This document shows, one piece after another, positions 52,132-63,628 of a stretch of DNA of 64,000 bases. The DNA is taken from NCBI RefSeq assembly GCF_006345805.1, contig NW_021835233.1:194514-258513 (forward strand), in the 5' to 3' direction. The position numbers and the translations under genes are program-made. The DNA comes from Octopus sinensis (lineage: Eukaryota). Numbering within the stretch: position 1 is the first letter of the stretch; the number at the start of each line of letters is the position of its first letter. The notes beneath the pieces were generated by a model. That model was given only the letters and a program-made list of their open reading frames with translations. It searched no databases and was not told the DNA's origin.

Positions 52132-52142
52132 TAATAATAATA

Positions 52143-52173
<31 letters not shown>

Positions 52174-52415
52174 TAATGATAATAATAATAATAATAATAG
52201 TAGTAATAGTAGTAGTAGTTTCAAATTGCAAGGAACGTAACATGTTTTCTGAAGAGAAATATGGTGGGTTGGAAAACTGAATTGACATCATATGAACCAA
52301 GCTTACTCTGGGTATCAGGAGAGAGATTTTCCAAGGAGATAGCTTATGTCCATTGCTTTTTGCGTGATCCTTCTGACCTTGGTGCTTAGGAAAGCGAACC
52401 TGGGTTATCAGTTAA

Positions 52416-52872
52416 CCCTTTTGTTACTGTATTTCTGTTGAGATGCTCTATGCTTCTTCCAATTATTTTAAATATAACAAAGAATTTAGTAAAATAACTT
52501 AGTTATCATTAAGCTAGTGTTGGGAACATTAATTGCGACTGAGGTTTAGTAGAAGATTTTAATTCAGAACTTGTGAAAACAAGACATTTGTACTACAGAG
52601 CCAGCGGTGGTTTTAGCCGGGTTGGTATCAAAAGGGTTAAAAATATCATAGTGACTTTATCCCTTTTGTTACAGTATTTATTTTGTGTTTCTTTCAATTA
52701 ATTCTGAACATATCAAAGAATTTAGTAAAATAACTTAGTTATCATTAAACTAGTACTAGGAACATAAATTGTGACTAAGGTTTGGTGGAAAATTTTAATT
52801 CAGAACTTTTGAAAGCCAGACATTTGTACTAAAGTGCCAGAGCCGGTTTCAGCCGGGTTGGTAACAAAAGGA
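52416..52872. mobile_element. Tandem pair of piggyBac-type MITEs (52416-52636 and 52661-52872)
   Basis: Same family as 2066-2287. Outer TTAA at 52412-52415 and 52873-52876. Confidence 0.82.
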
Positions 52873-53514
52873 TTAAAGGGAAAAATACAAAGAATGAACC
52901 AGCTCCTCTTCATGGATGATTTGAAGCTGTATGGCAAGGATGAGGCATTGGTAAGTTCCTTGGTGAACACGATCCATTGTTTCAGTGTTCACGTTAAGAT
53001 GGAATTTGGACTGAAGAATTGTGGTATGATGATCCTGAGAAGAGGCAAGGAATAGACTCTGGCAGGGATAGAATTAGCAAATAGAGAAATGATGAAGCAA
53101 CTTGAAACAGAAGACTATATATTTCTTTATTACCCACAAAGGGCTAAATACAGAGGGGACAAATAAGGACAGACAAACAGATTAAGTCGATTACATCGAC
53201 CCCAGTGCGTAACTGGTACTTAATTTATTGACCCCGAAAGGATGAAAGGCAAAGTCAACCTCGGCGGAATTTGAACTCAGAACGTAACAGCAGACAAAAT
53301 ACGGCTATGCATTTCGCCCGGCGTGCTAATGTTTCTGCCAGCTCACCACCTTAAGACTATAATTACCTTGACATAGTAGAGTTCAATGAAATCATGGAGA
53401 AGGAAATGAAAGAATAATTGAGGAAAGAATATTTCCGAAGACTAAGAATGGTGTTAGAAAATTACCATTTTTAAATCTCACATCGAGGGATATTCAGCAA
53501 CAGTACTTTGTGGT

Positions 53515-53843
53515 AAAGATCGTTTGCCAACATAACATGGCAGTCCTGGTTTAGGACGAATGTTGCTGTAATTTAGCCCCAGGAGACATCGTCACCAGCT
53601 GGTTATACGACACAATCTGTGTCCTTATATTTTCAAACAAGGGAGTCTAGCACCTCCACCCCGGAAATTGCGATACACAGATATTGTTTTGAGCTGAGTG
53701 GGGGTGCTAGATTCCCTTGTTCGAAAATATAAGGACACAGATTGTGTCATTTAGCCAGCTGGAGATGGTGTCTCCTGGGGCTAAATTACAGCAACATTCA
53801 TCCTAAACCATGACTGCCATGTTATGTTGGCAAACAACCTTTG
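53515..53843. mobile_element. MITE-like fold-back, about 145-bp arms, inserted in the LINE relic
   Basis: 53515-53659 vs 53698-53843. Flanking direct repeat aagaatggtgtt at 53444 and 53849. Confidence 0.72.
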
Positions 53844-56013
53844 CTCTAAAGAATGGTGTTGCACTCAAAATTGACTGGATAGAATAAAATCCCAAGCAAT
53901 AAATACATGGGCGATAGTATCACTTCAGTATGAAGCTGAAATCTTAAACTGCCAAAAGAAAGAACTGAAGAGCATCATCATCATTGTTTAACGTCCGTTT
54001 TCCATGCTAGCATGGGTTGGACTATTTGACTGAGGTCTGGCGAACCAGATGGCTGCACCAGACTCCAATCTGATCTGGCAGAGTTTCTACAGCTGGATGC
54101 CCTTCCTAATGCCAACCATTCTGAGAGTGTAGTGGGTGCTTTTACGTGCCACCGGCACGAGGGCCAGTCAGGCGGTACTGGCAACAGCCACGCTCAAATG
54201 GTGCTTTTTATGTGCCACTTGCTCAAGATCCAGTCCAGCGGCACTGGCAACAACCTCGCTTGAATGTTTTTCATGTGCCACCAGCACAAGTGCCAGTAAG
54301 GCGATGCAGGTAACAATCATGCTCGAATAGTGTTTTTAACCTGTCATCAATACCGAGGCCAGCTTGTTGCTCTGGCAACGATCTCACTCATATGGTGGCA
54401 ACGATATCACTCATATGGTCACATGGATAAGTAAACACAGAAACTATTGACAGTGCAATGTAATATTCCATCCCAAGAGTGACACCGATAGGTTGTACTC
54501 GTTGAGAAGAAAGGGTGAGAGTGTTTTGATCAATTGTCAGGATTGTGTTGAAGTGGAGGAAAACAGCTTAGATTGGTGTGTAAGAAATTCTGTTGAAACA
54601 TGTGAAGATGTCTGGCATCATCAAAATTGATAATTGTGTTGAGAAAGAAACTTAAAGAGGAAAAGAACACACAAAAAGAGATGATATGGAAAGAGAAAAA
54701 AGGAACATACAGTCAGTTTGCAAGAGATATGAGCTCCGAGACAGATAGAGAAGGCCAGTGGTTATGGATGTGGAGAAGTAATGTGAAGACAGAAACAGAG
54801 GCTCTCATGTGTGGCACAAGGACAAGCATATATAGGTGGGCTAGTTGATTACATTGTCCCTATTTTACAACTGGTCCTTATTTCGTTGACCCTCAAAAGA
54901 CGAAAGGCAAAGTTGACTTCTGTAGAATTTGAACTCAGAACCTCAAGACAGCCGAACTGCTGCTAAGCAATATCAGAACCTAGCCAGGAAGATGAAGAAG
55001 CTGTGTATTCTTGTAATAACTGGTGCATTTGGTACAACACCAAAACTGCTACCCAAGAGAAAAGTGCAATCCCTATCTCCTGAAAGGGTCCTAATGAATG
55101 ATTGTTGAGATTTGAAGAGGCTTGTCGCCAACCAACAGAACAACATCACTGCCACCAAATGTCATGTACTAATAATAATAATAATAATAATAATAGTAAT
55201 AATAATAATAGTAATAATAATAGTAATAATAATAATGATAATAATAGTAGTAATAATAATAATAATAGGATAAAATGAAAAGGAAAATGGCAAAGCTAAA
55301 ATAACTTGTCGTTGCTCAAAAGCTTTTGAGTAAATAGAAGTGACTAACTTTCTGTCAAACGAGACATTTCCGAAGAAGCTAATGTGCAAAATATTGCGTA
55401 AAAGAGCTTTGGTTCTGATATACTTTCTGACAGTTCCATTGTGAGCGTCTCAGGGGAGGTGTGCAGGTTCATTTCACATACAACATTCACATCTCCTGCA
55501 ACAAAAAAAAAAAAAACGAAAACCGAAAAGAAAAACAGAAAAAATCCCCTAAAATAAAACAAGCAAAAAAAAAATATGGGGAGAGAAAACTTAAAAAAAA
55601 GAAGATGGAAAACAAGGCAAAGCAAAAGAAATCTTATTACAGCCCGTGTCCCCTTAGGCAAGGATATTCTGAAACAGATATTTAACAAAAAATGTATGCT
55701 GGTAACTTGTCACCACCTCTTCCTTATGTTTAAGAGTGAGGTTAAACAAAAGTAACCACATCCAGCGCTGGGACTTTCTGCTCGAAAATCAAAAATAATG
55801 GAAGCAGCATTAAACAAATAAATGAATAAATAAATAAATCAACTCCATGTTCTTGACTTGAACTGCAATGCATTTGTAGTAGTAGTAGTAGCTGTTGTAG
55901 TAGTGGTGGTGGTGGTGGTTGTGGTGATGGTTGTGGTGGTGGTAGTAGTAATGCTTTTCTTCCTCTTCTTTTCGATTTAATATGCTTTGGTCACAAGGAG
56001 TTATTCTTTGATA

Positions 56014-56048
<35 letters not shown>

Positions 56049-56406
56049 GTAGAGAGAGAGAGAGTGAGTGAGAGTGTGTGTAAGTATATACAAGCATACA
56101 TACATGTGTGTGTGTATGTGTAGATAGATATTTATGCACTTATGTTTATTGATATTTCTACGTTTATATGTATGTGTGTATGTGTGTGTGTGTGTATATA
56201 TATATATATTTATATATATATATATATTATAATATATATATATATATATACTCACACACACGTATATATTATATATGCACACACACATATACTTATGTAT
56301 GTGTGTGTGTGAATATATATATATATATACACATATACATATATATATATTTATATATACTGAGAGAGAGAGAAAGAGATAGATATATGTTTATATTTAC
56401 TCATAT

Positions 56407-56452
<46 letters not shown>

Positions 56453-57173
56453 CATGCACACACACACACGCATGCACAAGCACAAACACATTTATATAAA
56501 ATGCATGCTCACTTCACTTCTTTTCTCTGTGTGGGTTGAATTTCAAGTTCTGATTTTCTGTGAAGGGATTGGCTGAGATACTCTTCTGCTCTTCACCACC
56601 AAATTATAAATGTAGAAAATGATCAGGGCTTGCTTGTATTATGTGGGGAAAAAAAAAAAAAAAACCCCAAAAAAGGATCCTTTTATTTGGCTGCTATCAA
56701 GCTGAGCTGTCAAGTGAGCTATATGCAAAGTGTTTTGTTTTCTGTTCATGATTTAAGTGAGCTCTGTAACTCCCTTTTTTCCCCCCTCCTCTCCTTTGCT
56801 ATCTTTCTGAGATTCTGGTGCTGGTGATGATGGTAACAGTGATAGGGCATACTATTATTTATTTATTTATATATTTATTTATTTTTTTGGTGGAGGCGGT
56901 GGGGGGTATTTTTTTTTGTTTGTTTGTTATTGTATTTCGCATCTGAATCTTCGATTTTACTGTTTCTTAGTGAATGTCCTGTCCTTCGATGGTTGTATTC
57001 TACCCCTGCCTTTGTATCTATTTCCATAGAAAGGAAATGATAGCACATGCACGTATATGTGTATGTACATGAGAGAGAGAGAGGGAGAAGGAGACAGAGA
57101 TAATCTCTATGTGCGTTTATACAATCACGTATATATATATATGAATATAAATACATGTATATGTATATGTATA

Positions 57174-57229
<56 letters not shown>

Positions 57230-57768
57230 CATATATATACATATACATATATATATATATACATATATATATACATATATATATATATACATATACATAT
57301 ATATATGTATATATATATGTATCTATGTATATATATATATATTAATATTTTTATATGCATTTATATATATGGATGTGCACATCAGAACGCCCACTCTGCA
57401 TATGTGTATATGTGGTGTGATTTATGCGGTCTTATTTCTATTCATGTTTGCATTAATATAGATAGATATGTATCAATGACTTTCATGTTTGTCACCACAT
57501 ATATATATATATACGAAATATAAATACATATATAAACATATATATATATATGTAATATAAACATATTTATATGTATGTATGTGCAACAATAACGCAAACA
57601 GGAAAACACATTACAATACATAAAACAAAAATATTCTACAAATTCCTAGCCGTATAAAGACATTAGCTAATACATTAATATCTGTGTGAGCATGCATATA
57701 TTTATACATATACCCCACACCATATATCTATCTATATATATATATGTATATATATATGTGTGTGTGTG

Positions 57769-57807
<39 letters not shown>

Positions 57808-58241
57808 TGTTTTTTGTGGTTGCATATATGTCGTTACATATCAGTAAATGCACACCGAGCTGTGTGTGTGTCTCATACACACGTATATGTGTGTGTGTGT
57901 GTTGCTGAATATCGAAAATAACATTTGTTCAAGGTTTGTCACTTGGAATATTCTGCTTTTGTTTTGTTTTTTTTTTTTTGGATTTATAATTCATATAGTT
58001 TGATCACATATGCGTGTGTACGCATCGATAACATCCACAAAGAACCACTCAGACCGCTCTCTCTATTTCTCTTTGTCACATTCTCTCTCTCACACACCCT
58101 ATATAAACATAAATATGTGTGGGTGTCTGTGTGTGTGTATGTGTATATATATACATATATATATACATATGTATATAACAATGATGATATATATATATAC
58201 ATATATACATATATATACATATATATTCATACATATAAGCT

Positions 58242-58283
<42 letters not shown>

Positions 58284-58315
58284 CATTCACGCATATACAT
58301 GAGGATGATGTTATA

Positions 58316-58366
<51 letters not shown>

Positions 58367-58411
58367 GTGTGTATATTTTTTTCAATCTCTCTCTCTCTCT
58401 TGCTCTCTCTG

Positions 58412-58444
<33 letters not shown>

Positions 58445-59199
58445 CTGTTAGTGCTCATGCGCAATATATACACATTATACAGACATACATACATCTTTAG
58501 GTTTTATATGAGCTTGAATTTGCTAAAAATATTCAATAAGATTGTCACTTCACCAGATTTTAATGTTCATCTTTCCTGTATTATTCACTGTCAAACCATT
58601 TTTTCTTTTGGCGCCTGCTCGTTTCTTTCTTCTTTCTTCCATTTTTTTTTTTTCATTTTTCTTCCCAGAAAAAGATGTCACTTTTACTTTTTATACTTAT
58701 CAGATTCTTGATGCTTCAAATATTCATTCTTACCATTCTCAGAAAGACCACCACTACCAAACAGTCCACCCCCCCCATCCCACTCTCTACTCCACCTCAC
58801 TTGAAGTTTCATTTTAATGAGTTTTTTTAAGTTGTCTTTTCCAATCTGTGTCCCTGTCTCTTTAGCTAGCTTTCTGTCTGTCTGTCAGTCTGCCTTTCTA
58901 ACTATTTGTCTTTGTAATTGTCTGTTTTTTTTTCTATTTTATTATCTTCTGAATATCTGTCTATCTCTCTGTTTAGGTGTCAGTCCGTATGTCTATCTGT
59001 CTATTCATCCATCTACCTCATCATCATCATCATCGTCGTTTAACGTCCGTTCTCCATGCTAGCATGGGTTGGACGGTTCGACCGGGGTTCTGGGAAGCCA
59101 GAAGGCTGCACCAGGCTCCAGTCTAATTTGGCAATGTTTCTACAGCTGGATGCCCTTCCTAACGTCTGTATAATACCTGTATAATAATAATAAGAATAA

Positions 59200-59244
<45 letters not shown>

Positions 59245-59429
59245 TAATAATAATAATAATAATCATCATCATCATCATCGTTTAACATCCGCTTTCCATG
59301 CTAGCATGGGTTGGACGGTTCAACTGGGGTCTGGCAAGCCTGAAGGCTGCACCAGGCCAGTCAGATCTGGCAGTGTTTTTACAGCTGGATGCCCTTCCTA
59401 ACGCCAACCACTCCGAGAGTGTAGTGGGT

Positions 59430-59710
59430 GATTTTATGTGCCACCGACACAGGTGCCAGACGAGGCTGGCAGATGGCCATGCTCGGATGGTGTTTTTTAT
59501 GTGCCACCGACACAGGTGCCAGACGAGGCTGGCAGACGGCCATGCTCGGATGGTGTTTTCTTATGTGTCACCGACACAGGTGCCAGACGAGGCTGGCGAA
59601 CGGCCACGCTCGGATGGTGTTTGTTACGTGCCCTCAGCACGGAGGCCAGTCGATGCGGTACTGGCTACGGTCACGTTCGGATGGTTTTCTTATGTGCCAC
59701 CGGCACTGGT
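59430..59710. repeat. 63-64-bp tandem repeat, 4-5 units, inside a (GAT)n-family element
   Basis: ccaccgacac/tcaccgacac at 59441, 59504 and 59568. Confidence 0.88.
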
Positions 59711-59763
59711 ACCACAAGGATACAAATTCCATTGATGTTCATCTATTTTGATTTGGTTTGATT

Positions 59764-59824
<61 letters not shown>

Positions 59825-59828
59825 TAAA

Positions 59829-60375
59829 TGCCCTGATGCAGTACCAGGCAGTGGCTCTCGTGGCTTCTGATCTTAACTGATTGGAAGTGTTATCATGTAC
59901 ATTGTTTAGTTTTGGTATAGAAGATGGTCTACAGCAAATATTCTGCTCAATATCACAGATTTGCTTGTCAGTTGTTTGACCTTGACCAGTTGAGCATGTC
60001 CCTTAGTGGCTGACGATATGTGCATCTCTGATCATGAGCAGAAGTAGTGGGGGAGCATCATAACCATGTATTGAGTGGGATTCTTTGAAGTTTGGATAAT
60101 TCACCTCTGGAAACTTGGGTGTTTCATTCAACATCCTTAAGCAACTCTTATTCAAGGACCTTTTGAGCAGGATGGGTCACTCGACCTGAAGAAAATTCTA
60201 ATTGGGCCCCACCAGCAAGGTCATCTTTATCTTGATATGAGATCATGTCGTGCACATATGGTTGTGATGCATGTGCCTGGTGTACCCTTATCAGACGGGT
60301 AGTCATGATAGGTATACTGGGCTTCATATATTTTACCCCAGTGTCATTTTGATGGCATGCACTGCTCTCTCACTC
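59829..60375 (+). mobile_element. Second full copy of the (AAT)n-flanked element
   Basis: Same termini as 32482-33036, (AAT)n on both sides. Confidence 0.8.
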
Positions 60376-61296
60376 AATGATAATAATAATAATAATAATA
60401 ACAACAACAATGATAATTTCTGTTATTAGCCACAGGAGCATAGATGAGGGGGACCTTGCAAGTACAGACAACTATTTGTGTGGGGTCTTACATAAAAGAT
60501 GGGAAAACAGAAATGGAACAGACAGTGTAATATAACATTATACAAAGTATGTGATGGTATGAATGATGCAGTCCTGATACAGGAGAAGCTCCATCTAGGG
60601 CCAACTAAGAAGCCTCACAGATCCAGGATTACCCTGACTGCCAAAGGCACAAAACCTCACCCAAAAGTTGTTCTTCAGTCCATAGAATAGGGCCATTCAC
60701 TTTAACCATTTTTGCCACAGTCCCTCATCTTTTGACAAATTCAGTTGGAGGCAGCTCTTACTTCTCCACTTTCACTTTCCTTTCCAATTGGAATTTTGAA
60801 ATATTTGATATTAATAATGTTACAAAGCAGAGTCACAAAGACATTTGGGATGTATTCACATACAGGGATGCAAAAATAAGGACTATATATTGGGGTATAT
60901 TAAATTAAAAAAAAAAAAAATTATGCATGGTTCCGGGTTCAGCTCACTGCATGATACCTTGGGCAAGTATCTTATACTATAACCTCGAGCCGACCAAAGC
61001 CTTGTCAGTGGATTTGGTAGACAGAAACTGAAAGAAGCCTGTTACCAGGTGGTGCTATTAAGTTAGACATGGCCTGGGCCAATAATGGCCGAAACCTATC
61101 AAAGTATCAAAGTATCAAAGTATATATATATATATATATATAGGCTTGAAATGTAAAAGACTTTCTCACTTCCTGACACTGGGGTTATCTTGTAAAACTA
61201 AAACCCTTCAAGGAGGTGCTCTAGCATGACCACAATCCAGTGACTGAAACAAGTAAAAAAATAAAAGAAATAAAATAAAATGCCATACCATTTGTA

Positions 61297-61315
61297 CCCT
61301 TAATTCTGAACTCAG
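61297..61315 (+). promoter_or_regulatory. U12-type branch point (CCCTTAAT) and 3' splice site
   Basis: cCCTTAAT lies 11 nt upstream of the end of the acceptor CAG with no polypyrimidine tract, the typical U12 3' layout. Confidence 0.85.
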
Positions 61316-61481
61316 ATATACACTGTACGTGCTTGCAAAACAGAGTCGCCAACTCCAGGCCTATAAACTGGCTCGGTATGCTTATGATAAGCTGCAAGAG
61401 ATGAGAATCCCTGTACACCTGCAGGAGTCCATTAGTTTAGGCAGTTTGATGATCAGATCTAAATCCTTCCATGACATGGAG
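61316..61481 (+). CDS. IFT122: IFT122 coding exon (last in window), phase 2-0
   Basis: ctcag|A TAT ACA...ATG GAG|gtaagt; [55 protein letters not shown]. Resembles IFT122 [27 protein letters not shown]...SIELGTLTIRAKPFHDSE. Confidence 0.95.
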
Positions 61482-61767
61482 GTAAGTCAAAAGAATATTT
61501 TAACCATTCCATTGTTTGCAGTTTTATTTAGGCATTGTGCCTTAGTAAAAAAGACAAGTCAATCTGTTTGAAATTTGTACAAAATGCTTGACCTAATAAG
61601 CTTTCTCTTTCTTTCAGATATATCTAATTCTGTCTAAAATACAAACTGTTTTTTATCACCTGTTGTATCTTGGGAGGGTTGTTATGCCAATAATAAACTC
61701 CACACACACACAGACAAAGTTGTAGTTCTTCACTTCTTTATTTTTCATTTGTCAGTTGGTTAACTCT

Positions 61768-62457
61768 TGTTGTGTCTTGGGAGGGTCTTTATGCCAGTGA
61801 TGATAACACATGCACTGGTTCCAATTCACTTCTTTATTATTAGTCAGATGGTTAAATATCTAACCGACAAAGTAATCAATCATTCGTTTAATGTGCTGGT
61901 TAAACAATCAGTTGGTTGTTTGTTTGTCAAAGTTCTTTCATCAAAACCATTTTCAGTGGCTTTCCTCTCTCCTCAAGGTCTACTTGAGACTCAGAGCTGA
62001 CCTTGAAGAGAAAGAGCAAGCCATTGAAGAGGTCACCTGTTCACCATCCGGGTAGAGCCAGAGATGCCTCAGCTTCAGCGCATGCCTGCATATTTTTAGC
62101 CACGGCATCCCTAGCCCACCCTTCAGCGGTTATTGGCAGCAGATATGACAGACAGCAGTGGTAAGACCTTCAGGCTGGTGGCACCACCTTAATTATGCCA
62201 ATAATAGACATATGAACCGGTTCTATTTCATTTCTTTTATTCATTATTATGAGTGAACTCGTTAACCATTTAACTAATTAACTAATTGATGGTTCAATTA
62301 ATTGTTTAGTTAATCAAATTGTTTGTTTATCCAGTATACAAAATAAATGGCTGATTAGTTAGTTGGTTAGATATTAACCACTTGACTAACAATAAAGAAG
62401 TGATATTGAACGAGTGCATGTGTTATTATTGGTGTAACGACCATACCAAGACACAAC
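61768..62457. mobile_element. Unclassified TIR element (about 95-bp TIRs, terminus TGTTGTGTCTTGG)
   Basis: 61768-61865 vs 62365-62457. A related shorter copy lies at about 21660-21900. Confidence 0.65.
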
Positions 62458-63325
62458 CAGATTTGTTTCAACACTGGAATTCACATCAAGAATCTAGCAA
62501 ACAACGTACAAAAATGAAAGTTTTGTAACAGAGAAGAGGTGGTTGTTGAGAAAGTTTGTGAGTCATTGGTCTGTGGACTTGGAAACCAAAATATAAATAA
62601 TGGCCAACTTGTTTGGTTGTCATTGCAGGTGGTTTAGTCGGTAGATGAGACATTTCGCCATTGTTTTTAAATAAGTGTTCAGAAAATTTAAAATATATTG
62701 ACATTAGAATACAATGATTGCTCTGTAGCTACACATTGTTATGTTTTAGGAAACAGCAGTGAGCTAATGGTTAAATCTCTAAATTATTCATTCATTACAA
62801 ATATTTTTCTTTATCTTTGTGTGTGTGTGTGTGTGTCTTTTTCTTTTTATTTGTTCTTCATCTGTTAAAATTCTTCTTATTGAAATCATTTTTAGTTGAT
62901 TAATTTTTCTAAATTATTTGTTTGTGATTAGACGGCATTGTCATTATTCTCTCTTCTTCACTTGGGAAAGAATTTTGTTTTATAACTGTAAACAATTTTT
63001 CAAAAAAAAAAATTTATTTTTCTTTTATAATTCCATTTAATATTTATGACATGTATTTACTAATATGTTTCCATAACTCAACAATTCATTCTTTTAAATT
63101 TCCTCTTCATATTAGCAAACAAAGAAACCAGTATAATACCCAGTTATAATAATTTCTGATGACATAGTATTCAGCAACTTGACAGTAATTCTAACAACAA
63201 ATTATATAAATAATGTCCACATTTCACCCATTGTGACTAAAGCAATGAAAAAAGGCTTTCATTGTATCTCATGAGGGTCATTATGCCGAAAGTCTTTTCT
63301 ACTATATGCACAAAACCAGAAATTA

Positions 63326-63628
63326 GTGGAGGCACATGGCCTAGTGGTTAGAGCAGTGGACTTGTGGTTGAGGGATCGCAGGTTTGAATCTCAGACCGGG
63401 CGATCTGTGTGTTTATGAGCGAAACACCTAAGCTCCACACGGCTCTGGTAGAAGGTAATGGCGAACTTCTGCTGACTCTTTTGCCACAAATTTCTCTCAC
63501 TCTTTCCTCCTGCATCTTGCAGCTCACCTGCTACGGATTGGCGTCCCGTCCAGGTGGGGAACCTATACACCAAGGAAACCGGGGAAACCAGCCCTTATGA
63601 GCCAGACATGGCTTGAGAAGGAACAAAC
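63326..63628 (+). mobile_element. tRNA-headed SINE of a third family
   Basis: A box TGGCCTAGTGG at 63337, B-box-like GGTTTGAATCTC at 63381. Central gattggcgtcccgtccagg resembles conserved SINE domains (V/Meta type, from memory). Confidence 0.72.

Larger units (their letters stand above)
52270..55168 (+). mobile_element. Degraded R4/Dong-like non-LTR retrotransposon broken by nested insertions
   Basis: RT motifs IFQGDSLCPLLF (about 52326) and NQLLFMDDLKLYGK (about 52900), then KMEFGLKNC, KEYFRRLRMVL, HPKSDTDRLY and VKTETEALM. The motif set fits RLE-type R4/Dong elements; clade assignment is from memory. Confidence 0.75.

Noticed and set aside
59430-59710. CRISPR-like regular repeats
   Set aside because: Contiguous tandem units without unique spacers, inside a eukaryotic retroelement.
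63326-63400. Functional tRNA gene (also the heads at 32400, 15483 and 19438)
   Set aside because: A/B boxes are present but there is no complete cloverleaf, and each continues into a multi-copy SINE body.
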